A stretch of DNA of 64,000 bases, taken from the NCBI GenBank assembly GCA_009778655.1, contig WRFZ01000180.1:7495-71494 (forward strand), written 5' to 3'. This document shows, piece by piece, positions 18,986 through 28,210 of the stretch. Both the position numbers and the translations under genes were made by a program. Under the pieces are notes generated by a model. It was given only the letters and a program-made list of their open reading frames with translations. It made no database searches and had not been told where the DNA came from. Source of the DNA: Candidatus Azobacteroides sp. (GTDB lineage: Bacteria > Bacteroidota > Bacteroidia > Bacteroidales > Azobacteroidaceae). Numbering within the stretch: the first letter of the stretch is position 1; the number at the start of each line of letters is the position of its first letter.

Positions 18986-19987
18986 TTAATTCAGTTCGTA
19001 ATTCAGACGTTTGCTCTCGTCCTCGACCGAGTTTTTGGCGCGGAAAATATTTTTAAAGTAGGCTTTACTCAATTGTTTCTTTTTTGCATAACTCTCATAA
19101 GTATCGGTGTCCGGATTGAAATCCGGACGCCAAATATAACGCGGATTGATATAACAATAGGTCATCTCTACCACCGGACTGTTGCCTCTCGCCTCTCTTA
19201 ATAAATCCGCTTTTCCGGGAGCAATACAGGTGATTCCTCTTTCGCTGCATTGCTTTTTCAGCTTCTCGATAATCGGATCATATCGGTTGTAAATTTCTTC
19301 CCACGAAAAATCTTTATAATCCGTATTGCCCAAGGGTTGAATTGGACGTAATTGTAAAACATCGAATTTGTAACCGCCGAAACTGTTGAAAAAAGTTTGA
19401 AGTTCCTCCAAATTATCCTTGTTGATGGTATAGTTTAACCGGATTCTCAGTTTGGGATGCGTTTCCTTAATAACGGTAAGAATTTTCATTGCTTCCAAAA
19501 ATTTTTCATAAGAAGCGCCGGTCATGAAATATTCATACGATTCTTTGTTCACGCCGTGTACAGATAAAGTGAACTCATTGATTCCGGCATCAACTAATTC
19601 CAACCAATCGTCGTGAGAAAACAGATTGGCATTGGTCGTCATGGAAATGTAAGGTATCCTGTATTGCTTTCCCAACCGGATTAACTCCTTATTGTATGGA
19701 AAGAGAGAAGGTTCAGCTCCGCAACCGATCTGTAATTTCAACGCTCTGTGGAATAAAGCTCCGGCAATCTTCGGTAAATCTTCTTCCTTAAAAATTCCTT
19801 TCATGGTTTTTCTCTTTTCCGGATCACTGAAATAACACATTTTACAGCGTAAATTACAGGCAAGTACCGGATCCATGAAAATCCCCAAATATCTTTTTCG
19901 TGTAATATGCAAAATAAAGATTCCCAATCGTTTAATGAAAGGGTTTCTCGCCCATTGGTTTAATTTCAATAGAAAATAGATGTTCAT
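18986..19987 (-). CDS. Radical SAM protein of unknown function
   Basis: CNLRCKMC motif, GAEP and TTNA; start set to ATG 19987. Confidence 0.88.
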   Translation of the reverse strand: MNIYFLLKLNQWARNPFIKRLGIFILHITRKRYLGIFMDPVLACNLRCKMCYFSDPEKRKTMKGIFKEEDLPKIAGALFHRALKLQIGCGAEPSLFPYNKELIRLGKQYRIPYISMTTNANLFSHDDWLELVDAGINEFTLSVHGVNKESYEYFMTGASYEKFLEAMKILTVIKETHPKLRIRLNYTINKDNLEELQTFFNSFGGYKFDVLQLRPIQPLGNTDYKDFSWEEIYNRYDPIIEKLKKQCSERGITCIAPGKADLLREARGNSPVVEMTYCYINPRYIWRPDFNPDTDTYESYAKKKQLSKAYFKNIFRAKNSVEDESKRLNYELN

Positions 19988-20130
19988 AATTCGTAAAATC
20001 AAATATTTTCATTTTAATCGCCGCTAAGTTACTACTTTTTCTCGATTTCATCTCTCTTTTTTCAGACAAGAGATTAAAGATAGATAAATACTTAAAAATA
20101 TGTATTTTACCTATGCTTGCCCTATATGGA

Positions 20131-20165
20131 AAAAAGAAGTGGGCGCTTTTGCGTCCACTCTTTTC
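20131..20165. terminator. Intrinsic terminator after the TPR gene (T-tracts on both strands)
   Basis: AAAAAGAAGTGGGCGC-tttt-GCGTCCACTCTTTT. Confidence 0.8.
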
Positions 20166-20231
20166 GATAATCCTAAATTCAACCCTATCGCTCACAATGA
20201 AGCGAGCGTATAAAGTAATCGCTAATAGGAT

Positions 20232-21926
20232 TTAAGGATATTTGATCTTTAGAAGCTGCAAAGTTTTTCTTGCCGCTTCATCATTCGGATCTATATCCAA
20301 AATCTTTTTGTTATATTCACCGACGGCAGCCGTATTATTTTCGACAGCCAAATAATAATTAGCCAAGTAGCGATAGGCCTCAATAATAAATCGGTTTTTC
20401 GATCCGTCGCTGTTGCTGTTTAACAAAATCGGAAGCGCGTCTTCGAAAAAAGGTTTTGCATGTCCTACCATTTTCCCGGTACTATCCAATTCGTATTTGT
20501 CCAATAATGAATTGATATTGGCTCGTCCCAAATAACCGTAATACAAATCCGGCTTTCGTTTGATTACTTCGGCATAGGCATTATCGCCTTTTTGAACATT
20601 ATTTTTAAATGCAGCGTCAGCATCATCCGTCGTCGTTACGGCAACGCCGGAAGAAGAAGTTTCACTTGCAGGTAAAATATAATAGGCGGCGGCATAATAA
20701 TTGGCTTGCGCATAAGAGTAATAATCCATAGCGTCTGCCGAAGGATCCATAGCCAAATATTTTTCGTAGTATTTAGTCGCCGCCGGGTACAAACCCGCAT
20801 TTAAAGCGGCGTTAGCCATCTCTTTGTAAATATCCGCTTTGGTAGAATCAATTTCAAGCGCTTTTTGGAAAGCCTCCAAAGCTTCCCCCGATCGTTTTTC
20901 TTTCAAATCCAATTGACCTAATGTCATGTAATCCTGATAGATATGCCGTTCTTTCGGCATCTCGGCTAAAAACCGGTTCATTTGTTCCAATCCTTCGTCA
21001 TAATTTCCCAGCCGATAGCTGTTATAAGCTTCCAATCGCTTCATAACTAAGTTATTCGGATCATTTGATATTACATATTTAATTTGGTTCAAAGCTTTTT
21101 CAAATTGACCGGTAAAATACAGCAGTTGTGCATACCGCTCATGTTGCAACAAAGGGACGCCCGGAATGGCAATAAATTTCTCATACGCATCCAATGCATC
21201 TTTATATTTTCCTTCTTCACGATAAATGTCGCCATATACCGCATATGCAGGAATATAGTTGGGATCCAAAGCTACCAATTTATCCAAATCCTGTAAAGCT
21301 ACGGAAGTATTGATTTCTTTATAAACCTGCGCCAATTTCAAATAGGCCACTTTATCGGTAGCATTGAAAAGGATGGCATTTTCGTAGCGGCCGCAAGCTT
21401 CACCTGTCTTGTCCTGTTTCATCAACATATCGCCTTCCACAATATAAATACCGGAAAATTTACCGTTAATCTTCCGAGCTTTATCCAGAGCCAATTTAGC
21501 GTTTTCGTAATCGCCGACAAATACATAAGCTTCTGCAATGGAAGTTTGTACGGATGGATCTTTCTTGGCGAAATTATTTGCTTTTTTAAACAATTCATCG
21601 GCCGCTTTGACATTTCCGTTTTTCAATTGCAGTTTGCCTTCACCGATATATCCGAACGGATATTCGGGAAAAAGTTCAATTGCTTTACGATAATAAAAAG
21701 AAGCTGAATCTTCTTGATTAAGTTGGTCATACGTTTGCCCTAAATAATAATAATTTTCGGCTTGTTCAGCCGGGGATTGATTCGTTTGCTGTAAAAAAAA
21801 CAATTTTGCAGCTCCGTAGAGATCGGCTCTATAATATTCGATTCCTTTCTCATTGTCGCTGGCAAACACATGGGTTGCAGCAAGAAAGGCAAACCCCGCT
21901 AAAATAAGTAATTTTCTTTTATTCAT
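20232..21926 (-). CDS. Secreted/periplasmic multi-TPR protein
   Basis: Signal peptide MNKRKLLILAG..VFA; many TPR repeats (YYYLG..Y, A...Y.KA...P). Confidence 0.88.
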   Translation of the reverse strand: MNKRKLLILAGFAFLAATHVFASDNEKGIEYYRADLYGAAKLFFLQQTNQSPAEQAENYYYLGQTYDQLNQEDSASFYYRKAIELFPEYPFGYIGEGKLQLKNGNVKAADELFKKANNFAKKDPSVQTSIAEAYVFVGDYENAKLALDKARKINGKFSGIYIVEGDMLMKQDKTGEACGRYENAILFNATDKVAYLKLAQVYKEINTSVALQDLDKLVALDPNYIPAYAVYGDIYREEGKYKDALDAYEKFIAIPGVPLLQHERYAQLLYFTGQFEKALNQIKYVISNDPNNLVMKRLEAYNSYRLGNYDEGLEQMNRFLAEMPKERHIYQDYMTLGQLDLKEKRSGEALEAFQKALEIDSTKADIYKEMANAALNAGLYPAATKYYEKYLAMDPSADAMDYYSYAQANYYAAAYYILPASETSSSGVAVTTTDDADAAFKNNVQKGDNAYAEVIKRKPDLYYGYLGRANINSLLDKYELDSTGKMVGHAKPFFEDALPILLNSNSDGSKNRFIIEAYRYLANYYLAVENNTAAVGEYNKKILDIDPNDEAARKTLQLLKIKYP

Positions 21927-21933
21927 TTTTTTA

Positions 21934-22914
21934 TCATTTTGTTTTTTTATTATTGTCATCGGGATAGCCATCGGTTATGTTAACCGATCGGTTCTGAGGA
22001 TCGGTTACCGCAGGTAATAATCCGGATTTTAATATTACCGTCTGCCCGACATCGTGAGCAAGAAAAATACTGAAACCGGAAGATAAACCGGACCTCGGAT
22101 CGGAAAGCAGCACATACAGCGCTCTCCATAGAGGATAATCTTCATTTTTAATATCTCCCGCATACGGAAGGTAAGTATTTTGTAAAGTTGCTTTTTCTTC
22201 CTTACCGATACGCATCATTCGAAATTTATCTTGTAAATCAAACGTTTTTTGACTGACTTCATTGTTCAACGAATTAAATCCTAAAATACCTATGGCATTG
22301 GGTAATTCACAAACTTTTCCAATCAGTTCGTCACGGCTGTTCATCGCATATAAATTGGGAGATAACGATTCGCCTTGGGTTATCGAATCCGTTACATAAC
22401 GTAAAATACCGGATTGATTACTTTCAAAAACTACTCGAATCGTACCCAAAGAAGAACCGGGATTAATTTGTGACCAATCCGTAATTTCACCCGTAAGAAT
22501 TTTTTTAATAGTCGGAAGACCGATCAGTGAATCGGGATTTGCCCTGTTACTGATGAATGTAACGCCGTCAAATGCTATGATGAATTTCTGAACAACCATC
22601 CTTTTTTCTTCAACCGTTTTTTGTTCTTCAACGTTGAGATCCCGTGTAGTTACAGCCAATCGCACCGAATCTTCCATTAACAGACGAACTGCTTCATTTT
22701 CATTGGAATAAATAGGATTGATGATCGCTAATTGATTATATGCTTCGAATGCTTTGATTTCAGCGTCCATCAAATTTTCAAAATTTTCATCACACGCAAT
22801 ATAAATAATACCTTCAGTCAAAGTGTCTTCCCATTTGTCTTTAGGTTTTTTTTTGCAAGAGTCAAACGACAGAAGAAAAAATAATATAATACTGAAAAAT
22901 AGAAATTTTTTCAT
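21934..22914 (-). CDS. PstS-like substrate-binding lipoprotein
   Basis: Lipobox (LSFDSC), IAFDGVTFI.NR.NPDS, ILTGEITDW and YPLWRALY (PBP_like fold); start set to ATG 22914. Confidence 0.82.
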   Translation of the reverse strand: MKKFLFFSIILFFLLSFDSCKKKPKDKWEDTLTEGIIYIACDENFENLMDAEIKAFEAYNQLAIINPIYSNENEAVRLLMEDSVRLAVTTRDLNVEEQKTVEEKRMVVQKFIIAFDGVTFISNRANPDSLIGLPTIKKILTGEITDWSQINPGSSLGTIRVVFESNQSGILRYVTDSITQGESLSPNLYAMNSRDELIGKVCELPNAIGILGFNSLNNEVSQKTFDLQDKFRMMRIGKEEKATLQNTYLPYAGDIKNEDYPLWRALYVLLSDPRSGLSSGFSIFLAHDVGQTVILKSGLLPAVTDPQNRSVNITDGYPDDNNKKTK

Positions 22915-22950
22915 TGGTATGCTTTCGTCTTTATAAAATTCAATAAAATG

Positions 22951-22983
22951 AGGCTGACTAAAAGTTTTCACTTTCAGACAGCC
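22951..22983. repeat. Intra-operon palindrome related to 8881-8912
   Basis: AGGCTGACTAAAAG...CTTTCAGACAGCC. Confidence 0.65.
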
Positions 22984-23000
22984 CCTTTTTTAAACACTAT

Positions 23001-23234
23001 TTATTCATTTCTCTGCGTTATTTTTATATAAGCTCTATATACTCTGAAGAGTCCGTAAAGCCCGATTACGATTCCTACGCCGATTCTTATTCCGCCCGGA
23101 ACGGAGCGGTTGAAAAACGGAGTGAATAACAGAATAATGCTTAACGCCACATATACAATAGCCATTACACATTCAAAAATGAATAAAGCCAATTTCTGCC
23201 CGTTGTATTTTCCTATTTTTTCAAAATCCATCAT
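23001..23234 (-). CDS. Small 2-TM membrane protein
   Basis: Two hydrophobic helices ending YGLFRVYRAY; embedded in an operon. Confidence 0.75.
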   Translation of the reverse strand: MMDFEKIGKYNGQKLALFIFECVMAIVYVALSIILLFTPFFNRSVPGGIRIGVGIVIGLYGLFRVYRAYIKITQRNE

Positions 23235-23289
23235 TCTATGAAATCAACCGACTTTCTCTTTGCTAAGAATCCGGCAAAAAATCGAATTT

Positions 23290-24111
23290 TTAACTGTTTT
23301 GTAATCTAAATGTCACAGGTAAAGAATAATATACATATACCGGATTTCCGTTTTGTTTTCCCGGTATCCATTTCGGCATTTTCTTTACGACTCGGATTGC
23401 TTCTTTGTCGCAACTCGGATCCAAACTTTTTTGTATTTCCACCTCATCAATCGAGCCGTCCGGTTTAACAACGAATCGCAGAGTTACACGACCTTGAATC
23501 CCCTGTTCGGCGGCAATGGTCGGATAAGTCATATTTTCTGTTAACCATTTCATTAATGCAGCTTCTCCGCCGGGGAATTGCGGCATTACTTCCACATGAT
23601 TGAAAATTTGAGGTTTTTGTTCTTCAACCACCACCTTATGTTCTTGCAAATCAGCGATATCAACAGTTCCTCCTTGAACTCCTTCAACATTTGCAACTGA
23701 AATGTCAGCTTTGGTTTCAGTCAATTCCTGTTGAGTTTTCATCAATTCTTCATCTTTGATATCTTTATCTTTTGTAATTACCGGCGGCGTAAATTGCACC
23801 GTAGTCTTCAATTCGGGAGGAGGAGGAACATTAACTTGTTGAATTTTATTTTCGTCCGGAACATTCTTATCCAAGTCGAAAACAGTTGTTTCTACTCCCA
23901 CCGTTTGCGTAAGCCCTTTTTCGGGCAAAACCGACTTGATTATCCTCGGCAGAAAAATCAGTCCCAATGCAATAATCGTGATTATAGCCAACGCTTTCAA
24001 ATGGCGATCGGAAGATTCCTCACGCTGAACGTAAGCGCCGTATTCCTTGTTTTTACCCGTAAAAACAAGGGCTAACCACTTTTCCGAATTTAAATCAAAA
24101 TCTTTTGGCAT
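23290..24111 (-). CDS. tonB: Energy transducer TonB
   Basis: NKEYGAY, a TM helix, a Pro-rich linker and TonB_C (MPQFPGG, YP..A...IQGRV, EAIRVVK.MPKWIPG). Confidence 0.93.
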   Translation of the reverse strand: MPKDFDLNSEKWLALVFTGKNKEYGAYVQREESSDRHLKALAIITIIALGLIFLPRIIKSVLPEKGLTQTVGVETTVFDLDKNVPDENKIQQVNVPPPPELKTTVQFTPPVITKDKDIKDEELMKTQQELTETKADISVANVEGVQGGTVDIADLQEHKVVVEEQKPQIFNHVEVMPQFPGGEAALMKWLTENMTYPTIAAEQGIQGRVTLRFVVKPDGSIDEVEIQKSLDPSCDKEAIRVVKKMPKWIPGKQNGNPVYVYYSLPVTFRLQNS

Positions 24112-24141
24112 AGTAATAATTTGATTTTTTGAGTTAATAAA

Positions 24142-24840
24142 TTATTTCTTCGCTTTAGTTTGTTGGTTCAATTGCTGCTCCGTCAGATATGCCGGGTTGA
24201 GCGTTTTCATGTAAAGCAAATAACGATCGCCATCGGTTATATCCACAATAGCGTAGGCGCCAATGTTACATATCAACATTTCATCCAACACATCCACCAA
24301 ATTTTTATACGTAGATAAATCACTCGCTTTAATCATAACCGTAGGAGCAATTTTTGTCTCTTTCAGCGCTACTTCTTGAATTTTCCTCGCTTGCTCATTA
24401 AAATCATCTTCTTTGATTTCAAGATTTTTCAACTTATCCTTCAAATCTTGAATTAATTCATAGGTACCTTCGTTTTTTTCCAACAAAAGTTTGCGTAATC
24501 CTTGTGGGGTATAATCGGAGGTAATAAGAAAACTGCCCGGATCTTTATAAGCGGTTGTTGAATCAATCATTCCTAAATAATAGTAAACCTCATCGTCTCC
24601 ACCCAAAAGAATCGTAATAGCCGTTGATTCCCTTACTTTATTCTGTTCTTCCGGCTTTACCTCATCTTTGGCGGGCATATTAATATTCATCATTTGAGGC
24701 TTAAGAAGCGTAGTACAAAACATAAAAAATGTTATCAGCAACATGTTCATATCCACCATAGGCGTAAAATCAACACGCAGATGCTTTTTTTTCTGTTTAT
24801 TTTTTCCACCTTCTTGCTCTTTTACTTGTACTTCAGCCAT
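24142..24840 (-). CDS. exbD: ExbD/TolR-family protein
   Basis: RVDFTPMVDMNMLLITFFM and YKNLVDVLDEM. Confidence 0.92.
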   Translation of the reverse strand: MAEVQVKEQEGGKNKQKKKHLRVDFTPMVDMNMLLITFFMFCTTLLKPQMMNINMPAKDEVKPEEQNKVRESTAITILLGGDDEVYYYLGMIDSTTAYKDPGSFLITSDYTPQGLRKLLLEKNEGTYELIQDLKDKLKNLEIKEDDFNEQARKIQEVALKETKIAPTVMIKASDLSTYKNLVDVLDEMLICNIGAYAIVDITDGDRYLLYMKTLNPAYLTEQQLNQQTKAKK

Positions 24841-24866
24841 TTTTATTTTTTTTAGATTGTTACTTG

Positions 24867-25514
24867 TTAAGCATTTGAAGCGGTTTTCAAAGAGGTAATC
24901 AAAATGTAACGGTTTTTACGCATTTCCCTCAGATCGTCAATAACTTTCTTTATCACCGGATAAGTTGTTGATTTATCAGCTTTGATAGCAATTTTCAATT
25001 GGGGATTTTTCTCCGTAGCATGAGAAACCCATCGCTTAAATTCATTGTCACCCGAAATAAGTCCTCTCGCATCCGATAATTGGTCCGTAGGGATTCCCAC
25101 CCGTTGATTTTCCAAATCTTTCAGATATTTTTCCTGTTGATCGGAAGGTAAATCCAAAAAGGAAGCTACAGAACGAATCGGGACTCCGAATGTCTCCAAT
25201 TTTTTGAAAGCATCCATCTCCTTCGGAGTAAATGTAAGTCCGTAATCTTCACCCACCGCAGTTAACGCATCTACTTTATCTTGTTGGTTAGTAAAACTCA
25301 GAAAAATTTTACCCTCCGAATCTACAAGGATGGTCATCAGATTGCTTTCCGGAATTGTGATTTCGGAAACCGATGCCGGCGTTTGTACTTTTACCGGTTC
25401 ATCCTTAACGAAAGTAGAGGTTAGCATGAAGAAGGTAAGTAAAAGCACGGTTACATCACTCATCGCCGTCATGTCAATAAAAGTGTCATTCTTTTTTACT
25501 TTTACTTTTGCCAT
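24867..25514 (-). CDS. exbD: ExbD/TolR-family protein
   Basis: IDMTAMSDVTVLLLTFFML and IKAD..T.Y. Confidence 0.92.
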   Translation of the reverse strand: MAKVKVKKNDTFIDMTAMSDVTVLLLTFFMLTSTFVKDEPVKVQTPASVSEITIPESNLMTILVDSEGKIFLSFTNQQDKVDALTAVGEDYGLTFTPKEMDAFKKLETFGVPIRSVASFLDLPSDQQEKYLKDLENQRVGIPTDQLSDARGLISGDNEFKRWVSHATEKNPQLKIAIKADKSTTYPVIKKVIDDLREMRKNRYILITSLKTASNA

Positions 25515-25523
25515 AATTTTTAA

Positions 25524-26354
25524 TTATTTTTCGTGTGTTTCGGCATAGGTTTGAGTAAGAGCAAAACCCATTTCATCAATTGCATAGGTCATATTGTCAA
25601 TTTTACCCGTAAAGAAAGCGTAAGTAATAATTGCCAATGCGCCGGTTGCGATACCGAAAGCCGTATTTACAAGCGCTTCGGAAATACCTGCGGAAAGAGC
25701 AACCGAGTCGGTAGATCCGGCGGCAGCCAAAGCGCTAAATGAACGAATCATCCCCAATACGGTTCCGAACAATCCGAAAAGAGTTCCCAACGTAGAAATA
25801 GTTGCAATCACCGGAAGATTCTGTTGCATAGAGGGTAATTCAAGCGCGGTCGCCTCTTCGAGTTCCGCTTTGATTTCTTCTATTTTTGTTTCTTTAGGCA
25901 AACTTTGGGATTCCATTTCCCTGTACTTTTTCAGACCTGCATCAACGATTGCAGCCACCGACCCTTTTTGTTTTGCACAAAGAGCTTCCGCACCGGCAAT
26001 ACTTCCTTTTTTCAGATCAGCTTTTACATCATATACAAAGCTAATCAAGTTACCGGTCCCTTTGGCTTTTGAAAGAGCGATAAAACGCTCTACACTTAAA
26101 ACGAGAACAGTCAACAAAAGAGTCATAATAAGAACGACGGTTACCCCTCCTTTATAAATGGTTCCCAACAATTTTCCCGGTAACGGGTGATTGTGCGGAT
26201 CGTTATTTACAAAGTTAGCCGGATCTCCAAAAATGAAGAAGTAAACCAATAAAGCAATAACAAAGCAACATACGATAACGATGCCTGCCGAAATCCCTCG
26301 AGATTTTTTACCAACTCTCTTGCTCTTTTCTCCTGTTTGTGTTTTTGTTTCCAT
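25524..26354 (-). CDS. exbB: ExbB/MotA/TolQ proton-channel protein
   Basis: TLFGLFGTVLGMIRSF and GISEALVNTAFGI. Confidence 0.94.
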   Translation of the reverse strand: METKTQTGEKSKRVGKKSRGISAGIVIVCCFVIALLVYFFIFGDPANFVNNDPHNHPLPGKLLGTIYKGGVTVVLIMTLLLTVLVLSVERFIALSKAKGTGNLISFVYDVKADLKKGSIAGAEALCAKQKGSVAAIVDAGLKKYREMESQSLPKETKIEEIKAELEEATALELPSMQQNLPVIATISTLGTLFGLFGTVLGMIRSFSALAAAGSTDSVALSAGISEALVNTAFGIATGALAIITYAFFTGKIDNMTYAIDEMGFALTQTYAETHEK

Positions 26355-26452
26355 AAATTTTTTGTGTTCGTTTAAGTTAGATAAATTATTTTAATGTTTT
26401 TTTATTAAATATTCTGTCAGTTAAATAAATATAAGCATAACGTTTAATCCTG

Positions 26453-26460
26453 CAAATATA
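26453..26460 (-). promoter_or_regulatory. -7 promoter element for the exbB operon (second candidate at 26649-26656)
   Basis: TATATTTG on the - strand; TACCTTTG further upstream. Confidence 0.6.
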
Positions 26461-26760
26461 ATGAATTATATTTAATCTTCATACAAAAATAAATGATTGT
26501 TAGTCATTTTTAATATAAAGTTAACATATAATTACATTTCTCTTGAAGTAAAGAATATTTCCTGCTCTTATCCTTAGGAAAGCAAGTAGTCTTAAAATGC
26601 AATTCTCCAATGAGTTGTTCTTTTCCATGGGTTCATAATTTCAATTGTCAAAGGTATGATTTTTCTTTTATTTTTTCAATTTTTTTTCAGATTATTTTTG
26701 CAAAATATACGGCATAAAAAACGTTTAATTTGTCAATTATGAGAGCGCTATTTCCGAAAA

Positions 26761-28185
26761 TCAGATTCCAAAGCTTAATCCTACGATATTCTGATAGATA
26801 CAGCTCAAAATTCCTATAATCAAAATACCCAAGGTACAGATGATCATACCGGCTTTACTGTAGTTATCAATCGAAAAACGTTCCACAGCTCCGGATTCTC
26901 TTTCTTTGATAAACATAGCTTTCACAATTAAGAGGTAATAATACAATGATATGACGGTATTCAAAAGAGCGATAAACACCAGTAAATATTGGCCTTCCGA
27001 TGCGGCCGCCATAAAAATGAAAAATTTACTGAAAAATCCGGCAAAAGGAGGAATACCTCCTAAAGAGAATACGGCTAACATCATGATACAACTCAAGATA
27101 GGATTTGTTTTGTATAAACCGTTGAAAGCGGCAATTGAAGTTTTTCCGTCGGAAGCGTTTTCCACTGCCGAAATCACGCCGAATACCGCCAAATTGGAAA
27201 ATACATAAATTAATACATAATATACGGTCGCCGTCATTCCTTGCGCATTTCCGGCGATAATACCCAAAAGAATATAACCGGCTTGCGAAATGGAAGAAAA
27301 AGCGAAAAAGCGTTTGATATCGGTCTGTCGCAAAGCAAAAAGATTTCCGAGCGTGATGGTAATAAGCGACAACCACCATAGAATGGATTCCCAGACAACT
27401 TCTATTGTTCCGAAAGCTTTAAACAGAGCAAACATTAAAGCGAATGCGGCCGCTCCTTTCGATACGACCGATAAATAAGCCGTTACGTTGGTGGGCGCTC
27501 CTTCATATACATCGGCAACCCATAAATGGAAAGGAACTAAGGAAAGCTTGAATCCCAATCCGCTGAAGAAAAATACAAATCCGAGGATAGCCAATGTATC
27601 GGTACCGGTGAAAGTAATATCCGAAAAATACAAACTTCCGAAAGAGCCGTATATGAATGAGAGTCCGAACAAAAGGACTCCGGATGAAAAGGCGGATATC
27701 AGAATGTACTTGACGCCGGCTTCCGCCGATTTTTCTTTGTATTTGTTGAATGCAGCCAAACAAGCCAAAGGCAAAGAAGCGGTTTCCATTCCTATATATA
27801 ACATCATGAAATTTCCTGCCGAAACCATGATATACATTCCCAATAAAGTAACCAAAGTAATCGTAAAAAATTCGCCGCGTCGGTGTTCAATACGTTTGGA
27901 ATGCAACCACGAATACGTTTGCAGAAAAACGATGAAAGTTGCAATGTTTAAAATATTTTTCATTAAAACAGTCAAGCCGGAACTGACGAACAAGCCGCCG
28001 AAAGCTTCTCCTACCGGTAAGGGAAAAAAACCGAAAGCGGTTTGAGCGGCAAACAGCAGGCAAGCCAACGGATAAAGCCAATGCCGGGCTTTACCGGAAG
28101 CAATCAAATCAAAAGTGAACAAGATAAGGAAAACGGCTATCAACCCGATTTCCTGTCCCATTATCAAAAAATTATTGAAATCCAT
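26761..28185 (-). CDS. nuoN: NADH-quinone oxidoreductase subunit N
   Basis: EAGVKY, FKLSLVPFHLW..DVYEGAPT and SLGGIPPFAGFFSK. Confidence 0.96.
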   Translation of the reverse strand: MDFNNFLIMGQEIGLIAVFLILFTFDLIASGKARHWLYPLACLLFAAQTAFGFFPLPVGEAFGGLFVSSGLTVLMKNILNIATFIVFLQTYSWLHSKRIEHRRGEFFTITLVTLLGMYIMVSAGNFMMLYIGMETASLPLACLAAFNKYKEKSAEAGVKYILISAFSSGVLLFGLSFIYGSFGSLYFSDITFTGTDTLAILGFVFFFSGLGFKLSLVPFHLWVADVYEGAPTNVTAYLSVVSKGAAAFALMFALFKAFGTIEVVWESILWWLSLITITLGNLFALRQTDIKRFFAFSSISQAGYILLGIIAGNAQGMTATVYYVLIYVFSNLAVFGVISAVENASDGKTSIAAFNGLYKTNPILSCIMMLAVFSLGGIPPFAGFFSKFFIFMAAASEGQYLLVFIALLNTVISLYYYLLIVKAMFIKERESGAVERFSIDNYSKAGMIICTLGILIIGILSCIYQNIVGLSFGI

Positions 28186-28210
28186 ATTTTATTTCTTTAA
28201 TTACTTAAAT

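Noticed and set aside
26520-26625. FPKDKSRKYSLLQ in one frame, loosely like four-helix-bundle protein N-termini
   Set aside because: No start codon in that frame and the similarity is too weak to call
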